From: Octopus vulgaris
Lineage: Eukaryota
Assembly (NCBI GenBank): GCA_951406725.2
Contig: OX597814.1
Span: 49,104,001 to 49,168,000 of the forward strand
Length of the DNA: 64,000 bases
Direction of reading: 5' to 3'
Every line of letters starts with the position of its first letter. Positions within the stretch are counted from its first letter, which is position 1. Under the pieces are notes generated by a model, which saw only the letters and a program-made list of their open reading frames with translations, did not search any database and was not told where the DNA came from. The translations under genes and the position numbers were made by a program. Shown here in pieces: positions 1 through 12,252 of the stretch.

Positions 1-44
1 GGAAAGCAGACACTAAATGATGATGATGATGATGTATGTATATG

Positions 45-260
45 TGTGTGTGTGACTGTGTTTGTCCCCACCCAGTACTTGACAAGTTGTGTTAGTTTGT
101 TTACATCCCCATAACCTATTGGTTTGCCAAAAGAGACCAATAGTATAAGTTGCAGGCTTTAAAAAATAAGTACCAGGGATGATTCATTTGACTAAAAGTC
201 CTTCAAGGGGGTGCCCCAGCATGACTGCAGTTTAATGACTGAAACAAATAAGAGATAAAG
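45..260 (+). mobile_element. SINE family A, diverged 3' half
   Basis: GTGTTTGTCCCC...CAAAAGAGACCAATAG...GTGCCCCAGCATGACTGCAG...GACTGAAACAAATAA matches the 3' half of the full copies at 15904 and 17880. Confidence 0.7.
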
Positions 261-812
261 CCAGTTTTCTTTGTTTTTCTTGTTGTTTTTTCAGTTATTT
301 GCCTTATATATGCAACGCCAATCCAGTGAATCTCAAAGTGAGCAGTAACAACTTCTGGGGTGGGTAAAAGATTTTATATGGCTACTGAGAACAAAGGGAT
401 AAATAGGGAAATGGTGGCTACATCTGTGCAGTTTTTGTGCTTTGAGTCTTTGTTTTCTATTTCAATACTCACTTTAAAAGAATTTTAATGTAATATTATG
501 ATAAACTACATGTTAGCCAAAATCACAACAATGACATTTACTATAACGACGACATCAAACAATCTATAACAATAGACTTCAAAATGTGATTAAGTAAATA
601 AACAAAACCGAATATATGAAGCTGTGAAAATATTTTCAATAAAACTTTTAACCGAACCGAATTTTCAAAAATATCTTTGGTTCATATTCTGTGTGTGAAT
701 TATCTGATAATATTAGTAGTGAAAATCCTTTTTTGTCATTCCAGATAATTGCATAGAACAATATAATTTCAAACTATATTGCATTGATGGAGTGACCTAT
801 GTGCAAATAGAT

Positions 813-1265
813 TATTTTCCTTAATCATTTGCACAGTGATCACGATAAGCTGTAAGCTTATGAAAAAATTACCATTATTATTATTATTTACGGAATTGTA
901 AAACTCAACACCACTTAACAAAACTATTTGCACTGAAAGCACATAAAGTTTGTTTACAAAAACAACTACAAACTAAAATAATTCTTAAATTTGCCAGAGA
1001 GGAGCAGGATGGCTCACTGGTGTAATCGGTAACACACTTAGCCACATTAACAAAGGGTTGTGGGTTAGAATCCCATGTGTACGGGAAAGCCTACTTTCTT
1101 CTGTCAACGCCCCATTATTACACTATTTTCCTTAGTCATTTAATGGTGATTGCTGTAAGCTTTAAGCTTATAAAAAAAATACCATTGTTATTATTTGCAG
1201 AATTGTAAAACTCGACACCGCTTAACAAAACCATTCACACCGAAAGTACATAAACTACATAAAGT
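813..1265 (+). repeat. Diverged ~140-bp direct repeats (813-949 and 1124-1265) flanking a tRNA-like segment (1012-1085)
   Basis: TATTTTCCTTA.TCATTT...GAATTGTAAAACTC.ACACC.CTTAACAAAAC...ACATAAAGT occurs twice, 311 bp apart. Between the copies are a D-arm GTGT/ACAC with TAATCGG and a T-arm GTGGG-TTAGAAT-CCCAT. Confidence 0.65.
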
Positions 1266-1279
1266 ATATCTATGTCTTA

Positions 1280-1842
1280 TCAAATCATCCCCAAAGTGTT
1301 ATTAATGGGGTAGTCAAAGGAGTATCAATAAGAATCTCTAACTTACCTACAAACGAAATAATTTTTTATAACTTTGCACCCTTTTATAATACAGCATTGA
1401 AGGACAGTGGATTCAATAGGAAGATATATTAAGAATACAATATTTAAAAATAAATTAGGTAAACATTTTCCAAATCTTGTGAAATTAAACATTGACATCC
1501 CTCCCATGAACAAACTCCCTCACCCCCGAGCATCAGAACCAACACCATAATAGAAGACACTATAATTCATTTAATTATAATAACTACACTGAGCAGAGAA
1601 GGAACAACTCAATGAGGAAACAGGAAATTATTTGGTTTATTCCTCCTTTTATGCTCCAAGTCGGAAACTTTCCTAAATTATTTTTTGGGGATTATTGACA
1701 CGAATTTTCCATTAGGCCATAAATATAATTCCATCTTTAATCCTGCCTTAAATGGCTGTCAGGCTTTACACCTGCTCAAGATTCCTTTTAAAATCATTTT
1801 ATATCAACTTGCTCATTTATTTGAATTACCACTGTACATTCA
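1280..1842 (+). mobile_element. Penelope-like element remnant (RT thumb and linker), frameshifted
   Basis: Translates to SNHPQSVINGVVKGVSIRISNL...FAPFYNTALKDSGF and RKQEIIWFIPPF...LGIIDTNFPLGHKYNSIFN, typical PLE SNHP-thumb and WFxPPF-linker motifs. Confidence 0.75.
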
Positions 1843-2030
1843 GGCAACGGTCGCGAAACGGAAGGTTCTCTTACATGCCACCGGCACTGGTAACACATCT
1901 GCAATTTCCATTGATCGATTTTGATTCTGAGGCAAGTGAGGATCAGAATCGAAATCGATCAATGGAAATTGCAGATGTGTTACCAGTGCCGGTGGCATGT
2001 AAGAGAACCTTCCGTTTCGCGACCGTTGCC
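1843..2030. repeat. Near-perfect inverted repeat, 88-bp arms (1843-1930 / 1943-2030), 12-nt loop
   Basis: GGCAACGGTCGCGAAACG...GATTCTGA is the reverse complement of TCAGAATC...CGCGACCGTTGCC, with one G-T mismatch. Confidence 0.95.
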
Positions 2031-2375
2031 AGCGCCGCCCTGACTGGCCTCGTGCCGGTGGCACGTAAAAAGCACCATCCGTTCGTGTCCGTTGCCAGCC
2101 TGGCCTGGCCCTCGTGCCGGTGGCACATAAAAAGCACCATCCGTTCGTGGCCGTTTGCCAGCTTTGTCTGGCACCTGTGCGGGTGGCACGTAAAAAGCAC
2201 CCACTACACTCACGGAGTGGTTGGCGTTAGGAAGGGCATACAGCTGTAGAAACACTGCCAGATTTGACTGGGCCTGATGAAGCCTTCTGGCTTCACAGAC
2301 CCCAGTAGAACCGTCCAACCCATGCTAGCATGGAAAACGGACGCTAAACAATGATGATGATGATGATGATGATGA
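1943..2375 (+). mobile_element. RTE-clade LINE 3' UTR fragment with (GAT)n tail
   Basis: Homologous to the 3' UTR of the RTE copy at 35590-36874 (GGCGTTAGGAAGGGCAT...CCCATGCTAGCATGG...AAACAATGATGATG). Contains internal GTGCCGGTGGCAC subrepeats. Confidence 0.85.
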
Positions 2376-2662
2376 TTCACCTTCTGCATAATTTAATATC
2401 ATTGATTTTAATACAACCACGCAAGTACATTTATGTATTTATATATTTATAAATTTTTATATTATATCTTGTGTACATGAATGTACCTATGTATGCTGTG
2501 GAGTTTTCCAATGCTTTGAAATATATTGAGTCAATATAAACACTGACCTTTGAAATTTGTTCTCTCTTTCTTGGTTTTATATTCTTGAGGCTCTATTAGA
2601 GCACTAATTAGTTGTGCTGTATAAGGGGATAATTATCTCATTTATTTCTTCATTATACTACA

Positions 2663-2980
2663 CATGGTTCAGTGGTTAGAGGGTTGAGCTCACGATCGTG
2701 AGGTTGTGAGTTCGATTCCTGGACTGAGCTGTGTGTTGTGCTCTTGAGCAAGACACTTTATTTCATGTTGCTCCAGTTAACTCAGTTGTAGAAATGAGTT
2801 GTGACATCACTGGTGCCAAGCTGTATCAGCCTTTGCCTTTCCCTAACACTGGTGGTGGGGAGAGGGGAGGCTGGTATGCGTGAGCGACTGCTGGCCTTCC
2901 ACAAACAACCTTGCCTGGACTTGTGCCTCAGAGGGTAACTTTCTAGGTACAATTCCATGATCATTCATGATTGAAGGGGG
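2663..2980 (+). mobile_element. tRNA-derived SINE family B
   Basis: A box TGGTTCAGTGG and B box GTTCGATTCC, followed by CTTGAGCAAGACACTTTATTT. Near-identical to 9340-9670. Confidence 0.85.
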
Positions 2981-3026
<46 letters not shown>

Positions 3027-3064
3027 CTACACACACACATACACACACACACACGTATATATAT

Positions 3065-3265
3065 ATTTCAAAATGTGACCTCGTGTGTACCGTTGGCGAT
3101 TTTTTTTCTTCTGTCTTCCCTTCTCGGGATCTTTCCTTCTCCTATGTTTCCGACGAAGAGCTCCGCTCCTTCTTCGCTTCTTTCCTGAGCGTCCAATAAT
3201 ACTATATTTGTTCCACATCCTCCATCCTCGCGTTGTTGTGTTTTTTTGTGTTTTCTTGTTTGGAT

Positions 3266-3272
<7 letters not shown>
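3065..3272 (+). mobile_element. Short element embedded in (TA)n, probable PLE-derived 3' end
   Basis: Flanked by (TA)n on both sides, with a T-rich 3' end. Contains the half-hammerhead CCGACGA-A-GAGC-TCC-GCTC. Confidence 0.45.
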
Positions 3273-3294
<22 letters not shown>

Positions 3295-3296
<2 letters not shown>

Positions 3297-3464
3297 CATC
3301 ATCATCATCATCATCATCGTTTAACGTCCGTTCTCCATGCTAGCATGGGTTGGACGGTTCGACCGGGGATCTGGGAAGCCAGAAGGCTGCACCAGTCTTA
3401 TCTGGCAAGTTTCTACAGCTGGATTCCCTTCCTAATGCCAACCACTCCGTGAGTGTAGTGGGTG

Positions 3465-3468
<4 letters not shown>
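3295..3468 (-). mobile_element. RTE LINE 3' end (short), (GAT)n tail
   Basis: Near-identical to 35590-35768. Confidence 0.85.
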
Positions 3469-3505
<37 letters not shown>

Positions 3506-3858
3506 CATATATATGCACATACGTATATATATATACATATATACATACATATATATGTATGTGTGTGTGTAGCACTCATGATCATGTAATCATGGTTTCA
3601 ACCCTAGATTAGATTGAGCAGTGCATTGTGTTCTTGAGCAAGACATTTCATCTCATGCTGCTCTGCAATCACTTCAACTTCTGATGAACAATACACTGTG
3701 CACCTGTTTGGGCAACATTGATTTGATGGAGAAAGGGAGCTAATGTATAATACTTACATTTGCTCACTATAAACAAATCATTTGCACAGGCTATTTAGCA
3801 AAAGCTGAACACTCATGTAGCATCTTTGACAGGATGATATATCATATCATCATATACC

Positions 3859-4256
3859 CTTTACTCTTTTACTCTTTTACTTGTTTCAGTCATTTGACTG
3901 CAGCCATGCTGGAGCATCACCTTTAGTCAAGCAAATTCTTATTCTTTGTAAGCCCAGTACTTATTCTATCAGTCTCTTTTGCCAAACCGCTAAGCGACGG
4001 GGACGTAAACACACCAGCATCGGTTGTCAAGCAATGCTAGAGGGACAAACACAGACACACAAACATATACACACACATACATATATATATATATGACAGA
4101 CTTCTTTCAGTTTCCATCTACCAAATCCACTCATAAGGCTTTGGTCGGCCCGAGGCTATAGCAGAAGACACTTGCTCAAGATGCCACGCAGTGGGACTGA
4201 ACCTGGAACCATGTGGTTGATTAGCAAGCTACTTACCACACAGCCACTCCTGCGCC
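3859..4256 (-). mobile_element. tRNA-derived SINE family A, full length
   Basis: Reverse complement starts GGCGCAGGAGTGGCTGTGTGGTAAG, carries B box GGTTCAGTCCC and a central (TA)/(TG) tract, and ends in an AAAAGAGT-repeat tail. Confidence 0.9.
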
Positions 4257-5087
4257 ATATATATATTAAATTTATATCATATATATATTAAAATTTAAAT
4301 AAATATTCATATGTACTTAGTTCATTTTCAACTTTATTTATTTCTTCTATACTACTATTTGTATGGATTAGCAATGATTTATATATGTGTCTCAAGGAGT
4401 CCTGATCGTAAGCAACTGTATTTCTAATGTGGTTATACTATATGTATTACTTTGTAGTTGATATATGTGTTTGTGGCACACATCTTCAACCTTTTCTATC
4501 AAAAGGTAGGACTTACAGATGACGAATTAGATGGATTCATAACTATAATATTGAGATTGGTTTCTCATAGGATTTTCTCAAACCTGTTTGGTAATTCATT
4601 TTTGAGTGTAGTATCCACAAACTTGGCTACTGTATCATAGACTGGCCTTAGCTATTATATTATCACTTCTAACTATGATCTTCCAAAACAGATTACAATA
4701 TAGGGTATAACTCACCTGCATCATTGCTTAATATATTCTCAGATCTTTTCTTGGCTCCGTTATACACACTGAATGTATCTTTTTGTGTATAACCAGATAA
4801 CTGCATGCAGGAGATAAATTACAGATGGAATTTCTCCATTCTCAAAGCTGGAACTTTCATGATACATTCTTTATTATTTTTAGAAAGTATATTTGTGTAA
4901 TAGTTATAAGCTAACAATCTCTCTGTGAACAGAAGTAGGCTATTATTTCTCTTATAAGGTCTAACAAAATGAAAAACTAGTCAGCTTGCTCTTCTTTTTT
5001 ACCCTTAGAAAAATAAAACCTGTGATGTAAATACTTTATTTACTTTCACAGCAACATTAGCTCTTAGGTTCTATTTAAAAAAAAGAT

Positions 5088-5120
<33 letters not shown>

Positions 5121-5634
5121 TTTTATTATCATCATGTTTGCTTACTAATACTGTTATGAGATGAGTGTATTGATTTCAACATTTCCTTTCCATAAAAGGA
5201 CATAATGATAAGCTTTGGTGCCCATTCAGAATATTCCCACCATTAAGATTAAGACATTCCCAACAAGTTCAACAGTGTCTTTTCACAGTTACCTGATATC
5301 TTAAATCTAATTCATATTTAATTATTTCCTTAATCGGCTCCTTGTCTTTTTTTTTATATCTCAGACACACATGCACTCATACATACAATTCTTGTATTAG
5401 GACCTAAGAAAATATCATGACAAATTTATCTATATCTATATATAGTATATATATATATATAATCCTTTGTTTCTCTGTGTGTCTGTTCCCAATGTATTCT
5501 CAAATGGCTCAACCAAATCAAATAAAATTTTACATGGTAATACTATCAGACCCATGAGTGTCAACATGCAATTTTTTGTCATTTAGATTACAGCAATGTA
5601 ATACTGGTACTAGTTCGGTATTACATGTCAAAAT

Positions 5635-6850
5635 CATCATCGTTTAACATCCGTTTTCTATGCTGACATGGGTTGGACGATTTGACTGATGTATGGAAAG
5701 CCAGTGGCTGCACCATGCTCCAATCTGATCTGCCAATATTTTTACAGCTGGATGACCTTCCTAATGCCAACCACTCCAAGAGTGTAGTGAGTGCTTTTTA
5801 CGTGCCACCAACACAGAAGCCATTCAGGGGGCATTGGCATTGGCCACATTCAGATGGTACTTTTCACATGCCACCAGCATGGGAGCTAGTCAGGGGGCAC
5901 TGGCATCAATCATATTTGGATGGTGCATGACCACTGCTACAATTTTAGTTTTACTTGATTTTATTTCCTACTAATTAAAGCCTTAGTCTTTTCTAAGTTT
6001 ACTTTAAGACCACTTGCTTCTAGATTTTGCTGGCATGCTTGGAAATTCTTCCCTAATTCCATTGTAGATTCAGCTATGAGAACCAGATTATCAGTATATA
6101 GGCGTCCCCATGGACAGCCAACCTTAATCTCCTTTGTGATGGACTGTAGGAGTATGGTGAATTGGAGAGAATTGAGGACTGAATCTTGTTGAACTCCAGC
6201 CTTTACAGTAAATTCATTACTGAAATCATTGTTAACTCTCACTTTACTTACTTCATGTTTCTACATAGCTTGTAAAACATTCACAAGCCATTCATCTACA
6301 CCAAGTCTCTTTTGTGACCACCAAATTACTGAACATGGAACCCTATCAAAAGCTTTCTCCAAATCAACCAGTACCAGGAATGGTGGGTTATTTGTAGTCA
6401 AATGTTTCTCATGCACTTGCTTCACAAGGAAGATTGCACGTGGGGTACTTCTAGACATGAAGCCAAACTGCATTTCGTCTAGGTCTACTCTGTCATGGAT
6501 CAACCACCATGACCTTCATAACCTGATCCAGTAGTTTAATTCTTCTATGATTTCCTCTCTCTAAAATAAATCTCCCTTGCCTTTGTAGGAGTTGATGATG
6601 ATATTGCTATGCTGGTTATAGGGTATGACACCTTCAAATATAACTTCACTATCTGGGTGGGGGTGCAGAGTAACTGTGTATCCTACTCTACAAGATATTT
6701 TGAGATCTCCACAATTATCTCTGATGGACTTGATTGTTTCTCTCTTTTCATGTTCTTAATCACTATATCTACCATAATACTATCAGCTTGAATTGTTAGT
6801 TCCTTTTTAGGTTGGCATGATGCGGCCAATCTTTATCTCATGCATTCTCT
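5635..6850 (-). mobile_element. RTE-clade LINE, decayed RT fragment plus 3' UTR (internally deleted)
   Basis: ORFs 6261-6503 (QFGF...VDLEKAFDRVP) and 5961-6242 (GVQQDSVL...LYTDNLVL...GLKVNLEKTK) carry RT motifs. 5635-5950 is the RTE 3' UTR with tail. Confidence 0.85.
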
Positions 6851-7821
6851 ACATTCAGCATCCCCTCATAATAACACTTTGATGCTATGAATGCACTTTT
6901 TACCAATGACATCTCAGTTCTCTTTGATATTGTTTAGATTAATATTTTGTTGTTAACAACACTCAGATTTATTCCCCACAGATGTAATCCCTAATTGAAC
7001 TAAAAACCCTTCTATTTTTTACTTTTTTTCATTATAATTTTGAAAGTTTATTCACTCATACATACTGTATGTCCCTCAAAGCAAAATCATTTATATCATC
7101 AGGGAGCAGTACTCGACAACCAACAATCAGACGTAGTTATTCTCTAGAGTTCTATTAGTCAAATTCAACTGAGGGTACATAGATGATTATTTGTAGGGGA
7201 AAACATATTGAATACGCTGAAATAAAAACTAGCTGTATATAATTGTGTAGCACATGGAAGTGGGATTGGGTGGGGGAAAGTGGCTCCTTGAAGGGAAAAT
7301 AAAGACAATACATATAGAAGAATAGACAATCCAAGTCAAGACCTCTTGACATCAAAATGAAAAGCACTAATTTACCTTGTGATCGTACTGACCATTGTCA
7401 AGGTTGGACCAAACATGAACAATATCATTTATGACATCACAAATGATAAAAGATACAAAAATGTTAATAAATTTATTGTTGTTCCTTGTTCCACTTAATA
7501 GCACATATTCATTCAATTTCCATTATGTACTGGATTAATTATTATCTATTGAGTTTGAATCTGTAATTTTTATTTTTTACCAGCTTATCATGAGGAATTT
7601 GGAATTTTTAAAAAATGTTTAAACAATTTAACAAAAAGACATTATATATTTCAATAAGCTATATTAATTTCACAACAGTTTTTATGGCATGATAAAATGA
7701 AATCTATAACATTTGTGTCTGTACAGCATTTACTATTAACTGTGTTAAACCCACCTGTGTACCTCTGTTGTATTTGTTTTGTGAAGAGAATTAAAACCAA
7801 CCTTAGATTTTCTATACTTTC

Positions 7822-7869
<48 letters not shown>

Positions 7870-8871
7870 CAAACAGTACTCAAGAATAACACAAACTCTC
7901 AAAAGTTAGACATCATATCAGTATCAAGTCACACATGAAGTAACTGCAACATGCAGTTTGAAGTATTGTCAGTGTCTGGGAAGTGGAGTTGTTCATTCAT
8001 ACTCTTGTATGTCTCCATCATCATATGGGCCTATGGTACAGAGGCACAACATCTTAAGAAGAAGAACAGAGTACAAAAAGTAATTTCACTGGATAGTGAC
8101 TAACAGCTACCTTGCAGTAGAGTACGTTTGAATGTGTGAACAACTATAGAGTGGTCACATGCCCACTATTTTGATTGATAAATATCTCCATATGGTCATT
8201 GAAGGAATAAATAATAGTAAATGTGGAAGTGACATGAAGGGCAGTAATGCAAAAATTATGAGAATATTACAGACCCTGTCTTTGTATTGCTTATAATTTG
8301 TATATATATGCACTCTACTGTTTGAAATATTCAGCATATGTACTTCTTTGTTTGAACTGAATCCGTTTGAGATCTGTGTTAAAAATAAATGAAAAGGCAC
8401 GATGTTTGAGACAATAACAATAACCATTAGCTGCTTTTAATTACTCATTGGTGGAATTTTTCAGATTATATATCTCAATATCTTTTCCAATTTTGAAGAT
8501 AATATGTCGTTTCAGTTTAGATTATTTATTACTTATTCAAAGAAATCCTATTGGCATATTAAGCTTTTGGTGTAGTTACAGGAGACATTTAAGAGGCAAA
8601 CATGTGGCTTGGCTTTAACTGGTATTCTTGATGTAAATTTTTGACAGATCTATGAAACATTATCACTTCCACCATCATCATTATCATTATATTTAGCTGC
8701 AAGCAAAATTTTGACAAGTTAGGTTGATTGTCATATCCTGTCCCTTGCTAGATTAATGGGAGATCCTAGTGGCCCACTGGAATTTCTTTCCTTTCTTTTG
8801 TTCAATAAACCTAGTACACATTCTAAGTTCTATATTTCTTGAATGCCTTGTGTGTGTATATATATATATAT

Positions 8872-9062
8872 ATTCGTCTCTGTTGCGTTGCATTTTTTCC
8901 TTCTAGGGCTGGCCGATTCAGAGCGGATCTCAGAATTAAACAGCTGAAATCTGCGATGAGGAATCGGTTTCTTACTGAAGAACGAAGGCTTTGAATGACC
9001 CGTCTGTCTCTTATGTTCGTCTCTTCGTGTATTTCACGTTATTTATTTATGTAAAGGTTTAT
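8872..9062 (+). mobile_element. Short (TA)n-embedded element related to 55085-55305, carrying rearranged hammerhead motifs
   Basis: Shares TTCC.T..GGGCTG...CAGC.GAAAT...CTGA.GA...GAATGACCCG and a T-rich tail with the 55.1 kb copy. Confidence 0.6.
8907..8981 (+). ncRNA. Candidate non-circularly permuted hammerhead ribozyme
   Basis: GCGGAU-C (8923-8929) pairs with GAA-AUCUGC (8946-8954). UCAGAA (8930-35) pairs 5/6 with UUCUUA (8969-74), which precedes CUGAAGA (8975-81). Extra helices GGCUG/CAGCU and GCCGAUUC/GAAUCGGU. Confidence 0.5.
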
Positions 9063-9067
9063 ATTAT

Positions 9068-9100
<33 letters not shown>

Positions 9101-9112
9101 TATAATTATAAA

Positions 9113-9224
9113 TAAGGGTATCTAAGAGATACCACTATGCTTGAAATAGCAGTCAAGATGTGTTTTTTCAGAGTCAGGTTTTAGCTGCTATTTCAAGCAT
9201 GGTGCCATCTCTTAGATACCCTTA
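9113..9224. repeat. Hairpin, ~40-bp arms with 32-nt loop, inside a (TA)n-flanked element (9100-9320)
   Basis: TAAGGGTATCTAAGAGAT..CACTATGCTTGAAATAGCAG vs CTGCTATTTCAAGCATGGTG..ATCTCTTAGATACCCTTA. Confidence 0.85.
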
Positions 9225-9339
9225 CGTATAATTTTTATAATAATCATAACCTATAAGGTTTTTTTTCCCATACTGCCACTTGATTTGATTGGTATTTAAA
9301 ATAACAATCTTATCTTTATATATATATATATGTATATGA

Positions 9340-9670
9340 AGGTGCATGGCTCAGTGGTTAAAGCATTGAGCTTACGATCATGAGGTTGTGAGTTTGAATC
9401 CCAGACCAGGCTGCGTGTTGTGTTCTTGAGCAAAGCACTTTATTTTACGTTGCTCCAGTTCACTCAGCTGTAGAAATGAGTTGTGACATCACAGGTGCCA
9501 AGCTGTATTGGCCTTTGCCTTTCCCTTGGATAACACTGGTGGCGTGGAGAGGGGAGGCCGGTATGCATGGGTGACTGCTAGTTTTCCATAAACAACCTTG
9601 CCTGGACTTGTGCCTAGGAGGGTAACTTTCTAGGTGCAATCCCATGGTCAGTCATGACTAAAGAGGGTCT
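9340..9670 (+). mobile_element. tRNA-derived SINE family B
   Basis: GGTGCATGGCTCAGTGGTTAAAGC...GTTTGAATCCC head. Homologous to 2663-2980. Confidence 0.85.
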
Positions 9671-12252
9671 CAGCATATATATATATATATATAATATATA
9701 TATTAATATATATATTTATACTGTAAAATTAGATTTAATCCTAAATCTAATTTTTACCTGTAAGTTTGGATTTACTCCCTAATATTATTATTATATAAAA
9801 TATATATATAAAATAAAATTTAAAAAACATCTGTACAGAAGCAGATGACTGCCAAAATGAAATGAATTACATTTGAAGGATTTGAATGAAATGACTGGAG
9901 AGTACACAAAAAGACTAACCTACTCTGCTATACCAAAATGGAACAAATGAAACCAAAAGTTACCACAGATGCCTAGCAGAAAATATTCAATTTGTAAATG
10001 ATACATCAGAACAATCTTCAGAAGTAACAGCACTCTCCAACCACAACATGGCTGCAATGAAAACTTAATGGATGGAATAAGGACAGCATTAAGAGCAGCA
10101 AGAACATTCCTAAATATTAGGGATCAATTTAGATACTGAAATAGGTTAGCACTGAGCATTAAGTTGAAGAAATAGGTATGAGCTGGGATGAAGTTTCAAA
10201 AGTAAAAAGTTTCATTCATGGAAGAGAAAATTTCTAATTGAAATTTTGTCATATTTTAAATTATGTATGATTCAAAGATTTTGTTTCATGACCTTACCTA
10301 AAATACCTAATTAGTAAACTTAGTGCAAACATCAGGTCAGCATAAGTACCAATTTTCCAAGGATGTTAAACATAAGCAAGAAGGATTTGGCACAATATGA
10401 TATTTAGTGAAAATAGTTCCTGTAATATTTTTTAATATAAAATACATTTATCAATTTGACACAAAAATAAAACCACTTATAGAAGGATATTAAAGACTGA
10501 CTGTTACTGGTATCCGGGGTTCAAGTTCTGCTAAAATTAGTGTAGCCTTTACAAAATTTGACATAACTGAAATAAGTAAAGGTATCATTTTCGAGCAGTT
10601 AACAATGTGAAGTACATCTCTTTTTGTAAAGGACATTTCACCAAGGACATGGAAATATTCAAACTTGCTACCAAAATAAGCCTTAGAGAAAAAAAATTTA
10701 AAGCATCAAAGTTTTACAGATACTTCAGTCTCTTCTACAAGTAGTACCATATGTTTTGTCTAATAACAACAAGATATTAATTATTCTATGCACTCTTGAG
10801 TTGTAATGACAGGAGCAAATAAGACAAGGTCAGAGATCTAGTAGCAAGGGTTATTTAAGAAGATTGTTCAAGTATTGGGTAGAAAGATGCAAATTGGTTG
10901 TTGTTGTTTTTGAGGAGGAGGAGGAGAAGGAGGAAGAGGAGGCAGAGAATAATTGACAACATGAGTATACAATGACAATAATATCACTAAGAGCTTTAAT
11001 TTTTGAGTAGAGGTATAATTTCAACTTAGGTGGGAACTTAAGTTTTGTGTTTACACTTGTTTTCAATCTGTTAATTAAATAAAAAAAAACTAAAATATTT
11101 TCATAGTAACCTACTATGCCATTCATGCTTTTGTTTTCTGGGGTTTTCATTTGTTGTTGTTTTTTTTTTTTTCTAAAGTACATGCATACCATGAAAATTT
11201 TTAGGGGTCTAAAGCTATATCAAAATAAGGTACTAAAACAAGCTGAACAATAAACTGAATAGAATTTGCAGGTTAGTGATACTATATTTAGAGCAGTGAG
11301 CATTAACAAAAAAACTAATCAAAAGTAATTATGCAGTGAAGTAAAAAACAATTCAATCAGTGACTAATATTTTAATTATTCAAGCATCTATGGGAATTCA
11401 ACTCCAGACACATTTTGATTTTATTAGTCCTTCTTAGTAAAACATAAATTTTACTAAACTCTTTGAAGTTGTCAGGAGAGAGTTATCACTAAGTAGCAAG
11501 AAACATTTACAAAAGCATTCAAAGTTCCGTGAATTTAATCCCTTTGATACCAGCTTGCCTGAGACTTACCCTAGTTCTAAGATACAAAATTTCTGTTTCA
11601 GAGTGATCCATCAAAATTTCTTGGTAACTTATCCTTATAAGACAGTAAAAGTTGTCAGCAGATGACTTGAACCTGTACCCCTCAGATACCAGCTGAGTAC
11701 TCTACCATTATGCTAAACAGCCAACTAACAACAATCACTATCAAATTAAACACTAAATGATAATAGCTTTTGGAATGCAACAGCATTTTGTTAAACAAAT
11801 TTTTCAAAGCACTGAATTGTGTTTTGTATTTTACAGACAAGAAAGTAAATTTTGAATGTAGTATAGCTGTGAAAACAGCAGAAAAATACTTAAAATTAAG
11901 CATACACCTCTTAATTGTCTATTGTCTATTGACAGAGCCACCCATTCTGTCTCTACTATACATTCACAATTTCTATTTCACACTGGGCATCAGCAACAAT
12001 GAATATTATTTTTATTTTGTAAACTCTCTTTTTATATCACCATATTAAATATGTTAATCTCCCAATACAGCCACAGCTATATTCTTTCCATGTAGAATGC
12101 ATCTCTTGGAAATTTTCTCTCATTAGAGGTAACATGCTCATACTGTTTCATGCCAAACCAACTCACAAATGATAAAGTGTGTGATGTGCACTTAGACTAA
12201 GCTAAAACATGGCAGATTCAGTTTACTGAACATGTGGGTTTGATGCAAGCAT

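Noticed and set aside
1012-1085. Functional tRNA gene (also the SINE heads)
   Set aside because: Acceptor and anticodon stems do not pair; these are tRNA-derived repeats.
2274-2300. CTGATGA followed by the hairpin AGCC-TTCT-GGCT
   Set aside because: No GAAA/stem III, and other RTE copies read CTGGTGCAGCC at this position; a chance match.
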